A stretch of DNA of 64,000 bases. Source: an uncultured Bacilli bacterium (GTDB taxonomy: Bacteria > Bacillota_I > Bacilli_A > RF39 > UBA660). Shown one piece after another: positions 54,362 to 64,000 of this stretch (position 1 is the first letter of the stretch; every line of letters starts with the position of its first letter). Location of the stretch: contig CAKOTU010000003.1 in assembly GCA_934120265.1 (NCBI GenBank), positions 1,379-65,378 of the forward strand, given 5' to 3'. The notes under the pieces are model-generated. The model ran no database searches. It was not told the origin of the DNA and saw only the letters and a program-made list of their open reading frames with translations. The translations under genes were made by a program, and so were the position numbers.

Positions 54362-55390
54362 ATGGCAAAAACATCAGGAGATAAAACTTTAGATCAAGTA
54401 CTAATGGATATTGAGAAGCAATTTGGTAAAGGCGCTGTTATGAAACTTGGTGATAATGAACATCGTGAGATAGATGTTGTATCAAGTGGCTCTATAAGTC
54501 TTGATGTAGCTTTAGGTATTGGTGGATATCCTAAAGGAAGAATTATAGAAATATTTGGACCAGAATCAAGTGGTAAAACAACCTTTGCTTTACATGCAAT
54601 AGCTGAGATACAAAAGAAAGGTGGAAGAGCTGCTTTCATTGATGCGGAGCATGCTTTAGATCCTCAATATGCTGCCAAGATTGGCGTTAATATTAATGAT
54701 TTATTATTATCTCAACCGGATAATGGAGAACAAGCTTTAGAGATATGTGAAGCTTTAGTTAGAAGTGGAGCAATTGGAATTATTGTTATTGATTCAGTTG
54801 CTGCCTTAGTACCTCAAGCTGAGATTGAAGGTGAAATGGGAGATTCTCACGTTGGACTTCAAGCACGTTTGATGAGTCAAGCTTTACGTAAGTTATCGGG
54901 TATTATTAATAAAACTAATACAGTATGTATTTTTATTAACCAATTACGTGAAAAAGTTGGTGTTATGTTTGGAAATCCAGAAGTTACTCCAGGAGGAAGA
55001 GCTCTTAAGTTTTATTCATCTATTCGTTTAGAAATAAGGAAGGGCGAACAAATTAAATTAGGAAATGATATTGTAGGAAATAAAACAAATGTTAAAGTTG
55101 TAAAAAATAAGATGGCCCCACCATTCAAAACTTGTACTTTAGAAATTGCTTATGGTGAAGGAATTTCAAAAACAGGAGAAGTAGTTGATCTTGCAACAGA
55201 TGCTAATATAATTGAAAAGAGTGGTGCTTGGTATTCTTACAATGGCGAAAAAATTGGTCAAGGAAGAGAAAATGTTAAAGAATTTCTAAAAAATAATAAA
55301 AAATTGTACGATGAACTTGAAAAAAAGGTTCGTGATTACTATGATTTGAATGGTAAAAAAGTTCAAGAAGAAATCATTGATAAGAAATAA
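54362..55390 (+). CDS. recA: Recombinase RecA
   Basis: 342 aa. GPESSGKTT Walker [10 protein letters not shown] Walker B, L1/L2 loop regions. Confidence 0.97.
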   Translation: MAKTSGDKTLDQVLMDIEKQFGKGAVMKLGDNEHREIDVVSSGSISLDVALGIGGYPKGRIIEIFGPESSGKTTFALHAIAEIQKKGGRAAFIDAEHALDPQYAAKIGVNINDLLLSQPDNGEQALEICEALVRSGAIGIIVIDSVAALVPQAEIEGEMGDSHVGLQARLMSQALRKLSGIINKTNTVCIFINQLREKVGVMFGNPEVTPGGRALKFYSSIRLEIRKGEQIKLGNDIVGNKTNVKVVKNKMAPPFKTCTLEIAYGEGISKTGEVVDLATDANIIEKSGAWYSYNGEKIGQGRENVKEFLKNNKKLYDELEKKVRDYYDLNGKKVQEEIIDKK

Positions 55391-55420
55391 GTTTACTAAA
55401 ACTTATTTTTTTGTTATACT
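55385..55420 (+). promoter_or_regulatory. Terminator hairpin plus TGtTATACT promoter unit (copy 1)
   Basis: aaataagtt-tactaa-aacttattt plus a T-run (recA terminator), running directly into TGtTATACT (55412-55420). The same block of about 40 nt recurs at 56517-56552. Confidence 0.6.
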
Positions 55421-55437
55421 TTATTTGGTGAACATGT

Positions 55438-56511
55438 ATGAAGAAAAGTTATTTTATTATTATATTGATGAGTTGTCTTTTGTTTATAGTTCCAGGTAAA
55501 GCATTGGCTAAAGATTATGAATGCTATTATGAGAATGAGAGTGGTACTGCTTCTGCTGGGTATAACCCAAGCGAAGGTAAAGTATTCCTTATAAAGTGGG
55601 GAAGCAAAGAAATTAATAAATATGTTAGCAATAATCGTAGTAAAAATAATTACAAACCAAATAAATGCTATAAATACATTTGTGTACGTAGAACGAAAGA
55701 AAAGAACAAAAATTATACAAGTTATTATCATGATTTTTATTTGGGTGAAAGCCAAGAGGACTTTGCGTCAGCAACTAATTGTAACGTATGGTCACTTCAA
55801 GGAACAGAAATACCAGCAAGCGAAAAAATTGTTAAAAAATGTAATAATTATTTGACGCCAACTATAATTAATGTAAATAAATTAAACTTTGATATTGAAG
55901 ATGCACCAGGCGTTTCAAATTTAAGTTTCACCTTTTATACATATGCGGATAATAAAAAAAGCTTTTGTATTAATTATGATCAACAGACAAATTGTAGTGC
56001 TAAATTTACAGGAACAGAATCACCTTCGGTTGTATCAAATGTAAAAAATAAAAGTGGTAGTTTATTAAGCTTTACTATTGATAGCGAATCAGTAGAGAAA
56101 TATTTTTCATCATGCGTTAATGCAAAAAACTTTCAATTGAAAGAAAATGGTAATACTTTTATCATTGGAATGAAATCATCAAATAGTAATGGTTCTAATG
56201 ATAATTATGATGAAGGTGAAGATGTATACGGTTGTGATGTTGTACCCGAAGAGATTCGAAAATGGATAGGAATATCACTAAACTTTATAAAGTATATAGC
56301 TTTAATATTAGTAATAGTATTAGGAACAATAGATTTTATAAAAGCAGCAGGATCAGGAGAACCAGATGCAATGAAAAAAGCAGGTCAGACGTTTATGAAA
56401 AGAGTAATAGCGGTAATTATATTATTCTTACTTCCAATGATAGTAGATTTAATATTAAATTTAATTAATTTATATGGTTCAACGGATGATTGCTTTAATG
56501 TGTTAAGTTAG
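55438..56511 (+). CDS. Signal-peptide protein: variable Cys-rich ectodomain fused to VirB2-like hairpin anchor (fusion paralog B)
   Basis: 357 aa. Signal peptide …GKALA/KDYECYY. C-terminus GCDVVPEEIRKWI-TM1-DFIKAAGSGEPDAMKKAGQTFMKR-TM2-DDCFNVLS. Confidence 0.6.
   Translation: MKKSYFIIILMSCLLFIVPGKALAKDYECYYENESGTASAGYNPSEGKVFLIKWGSKEINKYVSNNRSKNNYKPNKCYKYICVRRTKEKNKNYTSYYHDFYLGESQEDFASATNCNVWSLQGTEIPASEKIVKKCNNYLTPTIINVNKLNFDIEDAPGVSNLSFTFYTYADNKKSFCINYDQQTNCSAKFTGTESPSVVSNVKNKSGSLLSFTIDSESVEKYFSSCVNAKNFQLKENGNTFIIGMKSSNSNGSNDNYDEGEDVYGCDVVPEEIRKWIGISLNFIKYIALILVIVLGTIDFIKAAGSGEPDAMKKAGQTFMKRVIAVIILFLLPMIVDLILNLINLYGSTDDCFNVLS
56212..56511 (+). repeat. Conserved 3' cassette, copy B
   Basis: Aligns with 28171-28479 and 57416-57724. 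Slightly more diverged than the A/C pair. Confidence 0.75.
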
Positions 56512-56516
56512 TCAAA

Positions 56517-56552
56517 AAATAAGTTTACTAAAACTTATTTTTTTGTTATACT
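56517..56552 (+). promoter_or_regulatory. Terminator hairpin plus TGtTATACT promoter unit (copy 2)
   Basis: Same aaataagtttactaaaacttatttttttgttatact sequence as at 55385-55420. Confidence 0.6.
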
Positions 56553-56569
56553 TTAAATGGTGAGAATAT

Positions 56570-57724
56570 ATGAAGAAATGGTATTTTATTACTTTATTTT
56601 TAATGATTATTTTTCCGAGTTTTGTAAATGCCAAGGAATGGGTATATAAATGTGATTATAAAATTTTTGTAATGGAGGATATAGAGACTCCACTTACTGT
56701 TACTGTTTATGATGATGATAGTGTGTCATTCGAGTCGAATGGCAAAACATTAAATAATAAAAATAATTTTGGAGTGAAATTTTCAAATGACAATGAATAT
56801 ACGGTTGGATTGCCAAGCTCTTCTGAATTTTTAGAAAACGTTAAGAATAACGGTAATTATAAATGCCCATCAATGTTTTCTGTATATGAATCTCTTGCAA
56901 TGGTTCTGGATGTGCACGTCGGTGATGGAGGTGATTATGCTGCAGGTAATCAATTTCAAGCAAGAATTGTTTCTGGTACACCTAATTCAAATAGTCAAAC
57001 TCCAGTTAAAGAAATAACTGTCAATCAAGAATGTGTTAGAAAAACTAGAACAAATATCAACAAACGTAATATTAATATTGATTTTTATTTTAAAATTTAT
57101 ACAGATGGTACTAAAGAAGTTTGCGCAGACAATGTAGATATAGGGCAATTATGTTCAAAAGATGGATTTTTGTCAATTACCATAGATGGATTGCAATTGC
57201 AAATTGATATAGTTACAGAAGAAATATTTAAACAGAATTTTGCTATGTTAGAACATAATAGTTTTGCTTGTCCTGATACAGTATATTTTGCATTATCACA
57301 ATATCCAATTGATAGTGGGGCATATACTGCATTATTAACAACTAACAAGGAAGAAGCAGAAAAATTTGGTAAAACGACTGAGGTAGTAGAAAATCCAGGT
57401 AACTCTAATGATGATAAATATAATCCCGGTGAAGATGTATACGGTTGTGAAGTAGTACCTGAAGAGGTTCGAAAATGGATAAAGATATCACTAAATTTTA
57501 TAAAGTATATAGCTTTAATACTAGTAATAGTATTAGGAACAATAGATTTTATAAAAGCGGCAGGATCAGGAGAACCAGATGCAATGAAAAAAGCGGGTCA
57601 ATCCTTTATAAAAAGAGTAATAGCAGTAATCATATTATTCTTACTTCCAATGATAATTGATTTAATACTACACTTAATCAATTTATATGGTTCAACAGAT
57701 GATTGCTTTAATGTGTTAAAATAA
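56570..57724 (+). CDS. Signal-peptide protein: variable Cys-rich ectodomain fused to VirB2-like hairpin anchor (fusion paralog C)
   Basis: 384 aa. Signal peptide …SFVNA/KEWVYKCDY. The C-terminal 101 aa differ from paralog A at only 2 residues by eye. Confidence 0.6.
   Translation: MKKWYFITLFLMIIFPSFVNAKEWVYKCDYKIFVMEDIETPLTVTVYDDDSVSFESNGKTLNNKNNFGVKFSNDNEYTVGLPSSSEFLENVKNNGNYKCPSMFSVYESLAMVLDVHVGDGGDYAAGNQFQARIVSGTPNSNSQTPVKEITVNQECVRKTRTNINKRNINIDFYFKIYTDGTKEVCADNVDIGQLCSKDGFLSITIDGLQLQIDIVTEEIFKQNFAMLEHNSFACPDTVYFALSQYPIDSGAYTALLTTNKEEAEKFGKTTEVVENPGNSNDDKYNPGEDVYGCEVVPEEVRKWIKISLNFIKYIALILVIVLGTIDFIKAAGSGEPDAMKKAGQSFIKRVIAVIILFLLPMIIDLILHLINLYGSTDDCFNVLK
57416..57724 (+). repeat. Conserved 3' cassette, copy C
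   Basis: See copy A. About 94% nt identity to copy A by eye. Confidence 0.8.
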
Positions 57725-57814
57725 CTATTTTTAAAAAATAAGCATAAAAGGTTAATTTATGTTTATTTTTTTTGAAAAATATATTATAATATCTTTTCAG
57801 AAAGAGGTGTTGCT

Positions 57815-58213
57815 ATGAATAATAATTCTTTAGCCTTAAACTTAAATAAAAAAATTAAAACATATGTCTTTTCAGAAAACTTTTTTGATATTTATTATAT
57901 GGATGGTAGTAAACAAAGATATTATACTGATAATCCTTTTAGAGATAAACAAATTATTGAAGATAAGTTATTAGAACAAAGACTTGAAAAGATGTCTACT
58001 ACTAAAAGTAGAAAATTAAAAAGAGAATTGGAAAAATATAGAATGTATTTAATTATTAAAAAAGCTATATATGAAAATAAAACAACAGAAAATGACTTAT
58101 TAAAAAAAATAGATTTTGAACCTATATATTTACCACCACTTACTTCATCTAATGTAAAGTGTTATAGTTATAGAAAAATTAAGACAATGTTTAAAAGTGT
58201 AGAAAACAAATAG
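57815..58213 (+). CDS. Hypothetical protein
   Basis: 132 aa, Lys-rich, agaggtg RBS. No motif recognised. Confidence 0.5.
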   Translation: MNNNSLALNLNKKIKTYVFSENFFDIYYMDGSKQRYYTDNPFRDKQIIEDKLLEQRLEKMSTTKSRKLKRELEKYRMYLIIKKAIYENKTTENDLLKKIDFEPIYLPPLTSSNVKCYSYRKIKTMFKSVENK

Positions 58214-58315
58214 AAGTATAGATAAATACTTTATTTGTTTTTTTGATTGAAACAATTAATAGGTGCAAAAATGAAAGAAATATATTATAATATATTTGTT
58301 TTAACGAGGTGAAAT

Positions 58316-59422
58316 ATGAAAAAAGTAGTAATTGGTATGAGTGGTGGAGTTGATTCTTCTGTTGCTGCAATTAAATTAAAAGAACAAGGTTATGAAGTAA
58401 TTGGTCTTTTTATGCGTAATTGGGATTCTATGATGGATGGAGAATACGATGGAGCTCCAGTTTCAAATCAAGGTATTTGCCCACAAGAAGTTGATTATAA
58501 TGATGCTAAAGCAGTATGTGATAAATTAGGAATACCTTTGTATCGTAAAGATTTTATTAAAGAATATTGGGATTATGTTTTTACTTATTTTTTGGATGAA
58601 TTAAAAAAAGGAAGAACACCAAATCCTGATATTATGTGTAATAAATATATTAAGTTTGATATGTTTGCTAAAGAGGCAAAAAAATTAGGTGCGGATTATA
58701 TTGCGACAGGACATTATGCTAGAATAGAAAATGGTAAATTGTTGAAAGCTGTTGATGAGAATAAAGATCAAACTTATTTTTTATCACAAGTAAGTAAAGA
58801 ACAGTTAAATAATGTTTTATTTCCAATAGGTGATATGGTAAAGCCAGAGGTGCGAAAAATAGCTTTAGAAAATGATTTGCTAACAGCAAAGAAAAAAGAT
58901 TCTACTGGTATTTGCTTTATTGGAGAAAGAAACTTTTCTAACTTTTTAAAGAATTATTTACCTAATACTCCAGGAGATATTGTTAATATCGATACAAATG
59001 AAGTAATTGGTAAACATATTGGTTTAATGTATTATACAATTGGTCAAAGAAGAGGACTTGATATTGGTGGTACTAAAGATAGAATGTTTGTTGTAGGAAA
59101 GGATCTAGATAAGAATATTTTATATATATGTATTGGAGAAGATAATGATTATTTAATATCTGATTCATGTATTATTGAAGATGTCAATTATTTGGGAGAC
59201 AAAAAAATAACTGAGTGTAATGCTAAGTTTAGATATCGTCAAAAAGATAACCCAGTTTCTTTAGAATGGCTAGATAATGGAGAAATATTAGTTAAATATC
59301 CACAGGGAGTTAAAAGTGTTACACCTGGTCAAGCATGTGTTTTATATGATGGTGAGGAGTGCCTTGGTGGAGGTATTATCAAAACAGTTATGAAAAATAA
59401 CGAAAAACTATGGTATTTATAA
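58316..59422 (+). CDS. mnmA: tRNA-specific 2-thiouridylase MnmA
   Basis: 368 aa. PP-loop GMSGGVDSS, NPDIMCN, DQTYFL and GICFIGE motifs. Confidence 0.9.
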   Translation: MKKVVIGMSGGVDSSVAAIKLKEQGYEVIGLFMRNWDSMMDGEYDGAPVSNQGICPQEVDYNDAKAVCDKLGIPLYRKDFIKEYWDYVFTYFLDELKKGRTPNPDIMCNKYIKFDMFAKEAKKLGADYIATGHYARIENGKLLKAVDENKDQTYFLSQVSKEQLNNVLFPIGDMVKPEVRKIALENDLLTAKKKDSTGICFIGERNFSNFLKNYLPNTPGDIVNIDTNEVIGKHIGLMYYTIGQRRGLDIGGTKDRMFVVGKDLDKNILYICIGEDNDYLISDSCIIEDVNYLGDKKITECNAKFRYRQKDNPVSLEWLDNGEILVKYPQGVKSVTPGQACVLYDGEECLGGGIIKTVMKNNEKLWYL

Positions 59423-59434
59423 TTGGAGTATAAG

Positions 59435-60268
59435 ATGGAAGATAGATATAAAGAAATAGAAAAGAGTATTATTAAAAAATACCGTAAAGATATTTGGAGT
59501 AAATTCGTTAAAGCTGTTAAAGAATATGAGTTAATAGAAGAAAATGATAAAATTATGGTTTGTATTTCTGGTGGAAAAGATTCTTTCCTTTTAGCAAAAT
59601 GTATCCAAGAAATAAAAAAACATGGTAAATTTCATTTTGATGCATGTTATGTTGTAATGGATCCTGGATATAATAAAAATAATCGTAAGATGATTGAAGA
59701 GAATGCAAAAATATTAAATATACCAGTTGAAATATTTGAAAGTAACATTTTTGATGTAGTTACTACTGTAGATAAGAGTCCTTGTTATTTATGTGCAAGA
59801 ATGAGAAGAGGATGCTTATATAATAAAGCTAAAGAACTTGGATGTAATAAAATAGCTTTAGGGCATCACTTTGATGACGTTATTGAAACAACTCTTTTAT
59901 CAATGTTTTATGGTTCTGAGATTAAAACAATGATGCCTAAACTTCATAGTGAAAACTTTGAGGGTTTAGAATTAATAAGACCTCTTTATTTGATTAAAGA
60001 GGATGCTATTATTTCTTGGAAGAATAGCAATAATTTAACATTCTTAAATTGTGCATGTAAATTTACTGAAGAACATTTTTCTAAAGATGATGGAACTAGT
60101 AAACGCAAAGAAATAAAAAATCTTATAAAAGAATTGAAAAAAGTTAATAAAGATATAGATCATAATATTTTTAAAAGCTTAGATAACGTAAATTTAAATT
60201 GTATTTTAGGAACTAAAAAAGATGGTGAATATAGAAGCTTTTTAGAGGATTACGATTTACGTAAATAA
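59435..60268 (+). CDS. PP-loop ATPase of the TtcA / tRNA 2-thiocytidine family
   Basis: ATG 59435. CISGGKDS PP-loop, CYLCARMRRG, GHHFDD, and a CAC motif. Confidence 0.7.
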   Translation: MEDRYKEIEKSIIKKYRKDIWSKFVKAVKEYELIEENDKIMVCISGGKDSFLLAKCIQEIKKHGKFHFDACYVVMDPGYNKNNRKMIEENAKILNIPVEIFESNIFDVVTTVDKSPCYLCARMRRGCLYNKAKELGCNKIALGHHFDDVIETTLLSMFYGSEIKTMMPKLHSENFEGLELIRPLYLIKEDAIISWKNSNNLTFLNCACKFTEEHFSKDDGTSKRKEIKNLIKELKKVNKDIDHNIFKSLDNVNLNCILGTKKDGEYRSFLEDYDLRK

Positions 60269-60339
60269 AATAATAAAGGCATTAAATGATGGAATTTTAA
60301 TGTCTTTTATTGTATAATGGTAAAAGAAAAGGTGATAAT

Positions 60340-61299
60340 GTGAATATATATAAACAAATATACAGAAAAATAAAAAAGTATGATACTATTGTTTTAGCGC
60401 GTCATGTAGGACCTGATCCTGATGCCCTTGGTAGTCAAATGGGATTAAGAGATTCTATAAGGGCCACTTTTCCTAATAAAACAGTTGTTTCTGTTGGTTA
60501 TTCTGCAACTAAGTTTAAATATTTAGGCAATATTGATAGATTTACAGAAGATATGTATAAAAATTCTTTATTGATTATCACTGATACCCCAGATTCTAAA
60601 AGAGTAGATGGTGTTGATCCTTCTAAATTTGAATATGTAATAAAGATAGATCATCATCCTTTTATTGAAAAATTTTGTAATATTGAGTTAATTGATGATA
60701 CAGCTAGTAGTGCTTCTCAGCTAGTAATGGAGCTAATATTTAATACTAAATTAAAATTAACTAAAGAAATAGCAGAGAAACTATATATTGGGCTAGTTTC
60801 TGATACAAATAGATTTTTGTTTTCATATACAACTCCTAAGACTTTTAATTTAGTATCACGTCTAATAAAAGAAACTAATATGGATTTTGTTCCTTTATAT
60901 GAAAAATTATATACACGACCAATTAGGGAAGTTAGATTTGAGGGATATATTACTAATCATTTGGAAATTACCCCAAATGGACTTGCTTATATAAAACTAG
61001 ATGATGATATTTTAGCAGAGTATGGTGTTGATTCAGCAACTGCAGGTAATATGGTCAATAACTTTAATTATATAGAAGAAGTTATAGTATGGATGGTATT
61101 TTCAAACGACAGAGTTAATGAAAATATTAGAGGTTCAATTAGATCTAGAGGACCTGTTATAAATGAAGTTGCTGCTAAATTTGGTGGCGGTGGACACGCT
61201 TTTGCAAGCGGCGTAAGATTAAAAAACTTTGAAGAAGTCGATAAGTTAATTGAAGCTATGGATCAAGTGTGTTTGGATTATAAAAATAGTAAAGAATAA
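60340..61299 (+). CDS. nrnA: DHH-family phosphoesterase (NrnA-like oligoribonuclease / pAp phosphatase)
   Basis: GTG 60340 after an aaaggtga RBS. Motifs ARHVGPDPDALGS, DTPD, IDHH and DHHA1 GGGHAFASG. Confidence 0.75.
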   Translation: MNIYKQIYRKIKKYDTIVLARHVGPDPDALGSQMGLRDSIRATFPNKTVVSVGYSATKFKYLGNIDRFTEDMYKNSLLIITDTPDSKRVDGVDPSKFEYVIKIDHHPFIEKFCNIELIDDTASSASQLVMELIFNTKLKLTKEIAEKLYIGLVSDTNRFLFSYTTPKTFNLVSRLIKETNMDFVPLYEKLYTRPIREVRFEGYITNHLEITPNGLAYIKLDDDILAEYGVDSATAGNMVNNFNYIEEVIVWMVFSNDRVNENIRGSIRSRGPVINEVAAKFGGGGHAFASGVRLKNFEEVDKLIEAMDQVCLDYKNSKE

Positions 61300-61303
61300 A
61301 ACT

Positions 61304-61330
61304 AAGCTCTATCATATTGATAGAGCTTTT
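61304..61330. terminator. Bidirectional terminator between convergent genes
   Basis: aagctctatca-tat-tgatagagctt followed by tt. Confidence 0.6.
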
Positions 61331-61368
61331 GTTGTGCAATAATAAAATTTTTGTATAATATTATTTTA

Positions 61369-61755
61369 TTAAATAATTGGATTTTCAACATCTACTACTT
61401 GTTCACCACTTCTTTGTAATAACACTACATAAAGAGCTATGGAAGCCGCAAATAATGAAAAATAAGATGCAACTATTTGTAATTCGTAAGGTTTTAAATC
61501 TTCACCTTCCTTTTTAGAAATATCATATAAAACGTAATTTATTATTAAGAAAATAATAAATATTATTAAAATTAGTATTCTGTTAAAAGTGGTTAATTTT
61601 TGAGCTGTCTCAGCGTCTAAAAAAGGTTCTTCTTCATTAATTTCTAATTGTTCATTATAAAGAAGTATTATTGAAATGATAATAGTACCAATGCTTACTA
61701 TAGAAGCAATTATTTGAATAGTAATTGATAAAGATTCTTTTTCTTTGTTACTCAT
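61369..61755 (-). CDS. Small membrane protein
   Basis: 128 aa with three TM helices. Overlaps the stop of the upstream deacetylase gene. Confidence 0.5.
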   Translation of the reverse strand: MSNKEKESLSITIQIIASIVSIGTIIISIILLYNEQLEINEEEPFLDAETAQKLTTFNRILILIIFIIFLIINYVLYDISKKEGEDLKPYELQIVASYFSLFAASIALYVVLLQRSGEQVVDVENPII

Positions 61756-62917
61756 TTGTAGCTATATCACTTATTTTATTTATTTTGTTTAGCTCGGATA
61801 TTGTAACAAATTGATATCCTTCATCAATTAATTTTGGAATCATTATTTTTAATGCTTCATAGGTTCTTTCATGGGTGTCATGCATTAAAATAATACTTCT
61901 ATCTTTTATTTGTGATAAAGATCTATCAGCTATTTTTTTACTACTTTTTATTTTCCAATCAAGTGTATCAACATTCCATAAAACTATTTCAAGATTTGTA
62001 TTATTTCTAATCTTTTTATTTACTGATCCATATGTTGGTCTTAATAAAATTGGAGTATAGTTTACTTCTTCTTTTAAAATATCTTGAGTTTTATTAATCT
62101 GTTCTTTTATATCTTCAATTTTTAGTCTGGACAACCATTTATGGTTATAACTGTGATTTCCTATTTCATTTCCGTTACTTATTGATTCTTTAATAGTATC
62201 TTTATATATTTTTACCTTATTTCCTAGTACAAAAAATGTTGCGTTACAATTATACTTCTTTAGTAGATCAATAATTTGTTTTGTGTATTTACTAGGACCA
62301 TCATCAAATGTTAAAGCTATGATAGGCTTATTAGAGTCAATGGTTTTATTTACAGTTTCATAGTTTATCAAATTTGTTTCTTCCTTTTTTTCTATTGTTA
62401 TTTTAGCATTTTCACTATCCAACTTAACTTTGTCTTCTATTATTTTATTGTTATGGATTGAAAAGAACGTAATATATTCTTCATCAAAAACAAATTTATC
62501 TGTTAATTTGTTTTGATATTTACTTGAATCATAAATTATATCATTTATGCTCAATAATTTATTACTTTTTTTATCAAATACATATGTATCTATGCTTTCA
62601 TTTTGATAATTGTTATAAGATATATATTTTTTTAAAGATACATTTATATAATTATCATTAACAACGTTATAAGTATAATCAATATTTAATTCTTTTTCTT
62701 CGTTGTCTAATTTGTTGAATGTTTTAACAGCTTCATTTATATCTTTTTTTATATACTTGTTTAACTTTTTAATGTTTGTTTCTGGATAGTTAATTGAAAT
62801 AAACTTATTATCATTTTGTTTAATGTCGGAATATATTTCCATTTTGATATCATTTGTACAACCAGTTATTAAAAATATAAATATCATTAGTAGTAGACTC
62901 TTTTTCATAAATTTCAC
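61748..62917 (-). CDS. Lipoprotein polysaccharide/peptidoglycan deacetylase (NodB homology domain)
   Basis: 389 aa. Lipobox LITGC, NodB motifs ALTFDDGP and HSYNH, LRPTYGS, MHD. Confidence 0.8.
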   Translation of the reverse strand: MKFMKKSLLLMIFIFLITGCTNDIKMEIYSDIKQNDNKFISINYPETNIKKLNKYIKKDINEAVKTFNKLDNEEKELNIDYTYNVVNDNYINVSLKKYISYNNYQNESIDTYVFDKKSNKLLSINDIIYDSSKYQNKLTDKFVFDEEYITFFSIHNNKIIEDKVKLDSENAKITIEKKEETNLINYETVNKTIDSNKPIIALTFDDGPSKYTKQIIDLLKKYNCNATFFVLGNKVKIYKDTIKESISNGNEIGNHSYNHKWLSRLKIEDIKEQINKTQDILKEEVNYTPILLRPTYGSVNKKIRNNTNLEIVLWNVDTLDWKIKSSKKIADRSLSQIKDRSIILMHDTHERTYEALKIMIPKLIDEGYQFVTISELNKINKISDIATNE

Positions 62918-62996
62918 CTATTAAAATATATTCTAATAGACTTATCATATATTCATTTTTCTTCTTTGAGAATATAAAATAGTAGGAGGAAGAAAA

Positions 62997-63317
62997 ATGA
63001 AATTTATAGAGACATATTGGATGCCATTTCTATATTGGCTGTTTTTAGGACTTATTACTTACCTGATAAAAAAAGTAAAAGATTATCATAATATGTTAAA
63101 TAATACTAGATCAGCAATCAGAGAGATACTAAAAAATGAAATAATTGGAGTTTACAATAAATGTAAAGAAAAAGAATGTATTACTTTACATGAAAAAGAC
63201 ATAATTGAAAGTTTATATACAGAATATAAAAATAATGGTGGTAAGGGTTTTATTGATGAAGTAATGAAAGAGATAAAAAATATTCCATTTTCCTCTGACT
63301 GTGATGGAGGTGACTAA
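62997..63317 (+). CDS. Small N-terminally anchored protein (lysis-cassette-like context)
   Basis: 106 aa, aggagga RBS, one TM helix. Abuts the next ORF. Confidence 0.45.
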   Translation: MKFIETYWMPFLYWLFLGLITYLIKKVKDYHNMLNNTRSAIREILKNEIIGVYNKCKEKECITLHEKDIIESLYTEYKNNGGKGFIDEVMKEIKNIPFSSDCDGGD

Positions 63318-63671
63318 ATGGAAGATCTTTTTCCAACTAAATTATTAGATCTACTAGTAATTAGTATAACTTTAAGTGTTATTGTGATGGTGATATTACA
63401 AAAATTTAAATCTTTACCTTTTATCAAAAAAACTTGGCAAATATGGGTTTTGAACTTACTATTTTCTTTTTCACTGTCAATTCCATTTACAACTACTTTC
63501 TATTCGTTAGACACTTATAGTGGAATTTGGGTAGGACTATTTACTTTTGTAGGTGCACCAGCTATATATGATACTCTAAAGAACCAAACCATTATTAATT
63601 ACAATCCAACAAAAATAAAAGATACTGTAGAAATAGACAAGAAAAACGAGATAAAGAGGGATGATTTATGA
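63318..63671 (+). CDS. Holin-like small membrane protein (candidate)
   Basis: 117 aa with three TM helices and a charged C-terminal tail. ATGA overlap with the next ORF. Confidence 0.4.
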   Translation: MEDLFPTKLLDLLVISITLSVIVMVILQKFKSLPFIKKTWQIWVLNLLFSFSLSIPFTTTFYSLDTYSGIWVGLFTFVGAPAIYDTLKNQTIINYNPTKIKDTVEIDKKNEIKRDDL

Positions 63672-64000
63672 AATATTTAGGTAGTGAAAGAAGCATAACA
63701 CAAAGTTTTACTAATCACAAGTATGCGGAAGATTATAGTGGGGCTCATCTTTCTGAAATAAAAATTAATGGAACTGCTAAAGTTATAAAGGTTGTAAATA
63801 AATATAAGGGACATAATAATTCTATTAACTATCATGAATTTTTAAATAATCAAAAGAAATGGAAAGATGGTAATTATTATAATTGTATTTCGATAACTGG
63901 AGAAACTGTAAGATTTTACTATGATGAAATGGGTGGTAATCAAGTACATCTTGAAACTTATTATAACGGTAACAAATATTTACTTAAAATTTTACATATG
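63668..64000 (+). CDS. 5' part of an ORF running off the window (possible M23-like peptidase or lysin)
   Basis: Open for 111 codons to the window end. GGNQVHLETYYNGNKYLLKILHM loosely resembles the M23 GNxVxIxH…YxHL block. Weak call. Confidence 0.35.
   Translation, partial: MKYLGSERSITQSFTNHKYAEDYSGAHLSEIKINGTAKVIKVVNKYKGHNNSINYHEFLNNQKKWKDGNYYNCISITGETVRFYYDEMGGNQVHLETYYNGNKYLLKILHM

Noticed and set aside
55414-55755. 113-aa hydrophobic minus-strand ORF overlapping the start of the 55438 gene
   Set aside because: It is antisense to a CDS that has a signal peptide, promoter and RBS. Hydrophobic translations are expected from the reverse complement of AT-rich coding sequence.

Overview
AT-rich (about 70% A+T by eye, not computed) chromosomal window from a low-GC Gram-positive bacterium. 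It is a spore-former (spoIVA, spoVIF-like) whose tmRNA tag ends in AFA, as in Mollicutes, which suggests an Erysipelotrichia-like lineage; that placement is inference only. Most of the window is ordinary core genome in Bacillus-like synteny: ligA, scpAB, tRNA-Leu, rmuC, rnr-smpB, ssrA, engB, der, spoIVA, hup, cca, dnaD-nth, ponA-recU, gpsB, rnpB, pgsA, recA, mnmA, nrnA. The stand-out region is a roughly 19-kb block at about 9.7-28.5 kb, all on the + strand. A Tad/Flp-type pilus module (CpaB, CpaF/TadA ATPase, TadB, TadC, Flp-like pilin, two TadE-like paralogs, TadZ-like protein) runs directly into a Gram-positive type IV secretion module. That module has two VirB2-like hairpin proteins, a VirB6/TrbL-like protein, a VirB3/PrgI-like protein, a VirB4 split into two ORFs, a SpoIID-plus-Cys-peptidase wall hydrolase and a VirD4/TraG coupling protein. 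I found no relaxase, integrase, replication gene or prepilin peptidase anywhere in the window. The VirB2-like two-helix hairpin occurs six times. Two are small tandem genes, one is an orphan on the minus strand with a poly-Asn tract, and three are C-terminal anchors on signal-peptide proteins with highly divergent Cys-rich ectodomains. Those three share a nearly identical 3' cassette of about 300 bp. Two of them sit in tandem just after recA, each preceded by a duplicated terminator-promoter unit. No CRISPR array, rRNA, IS element or transposase was seen. All family assignments come from motif recognition by eye, not from database searches.
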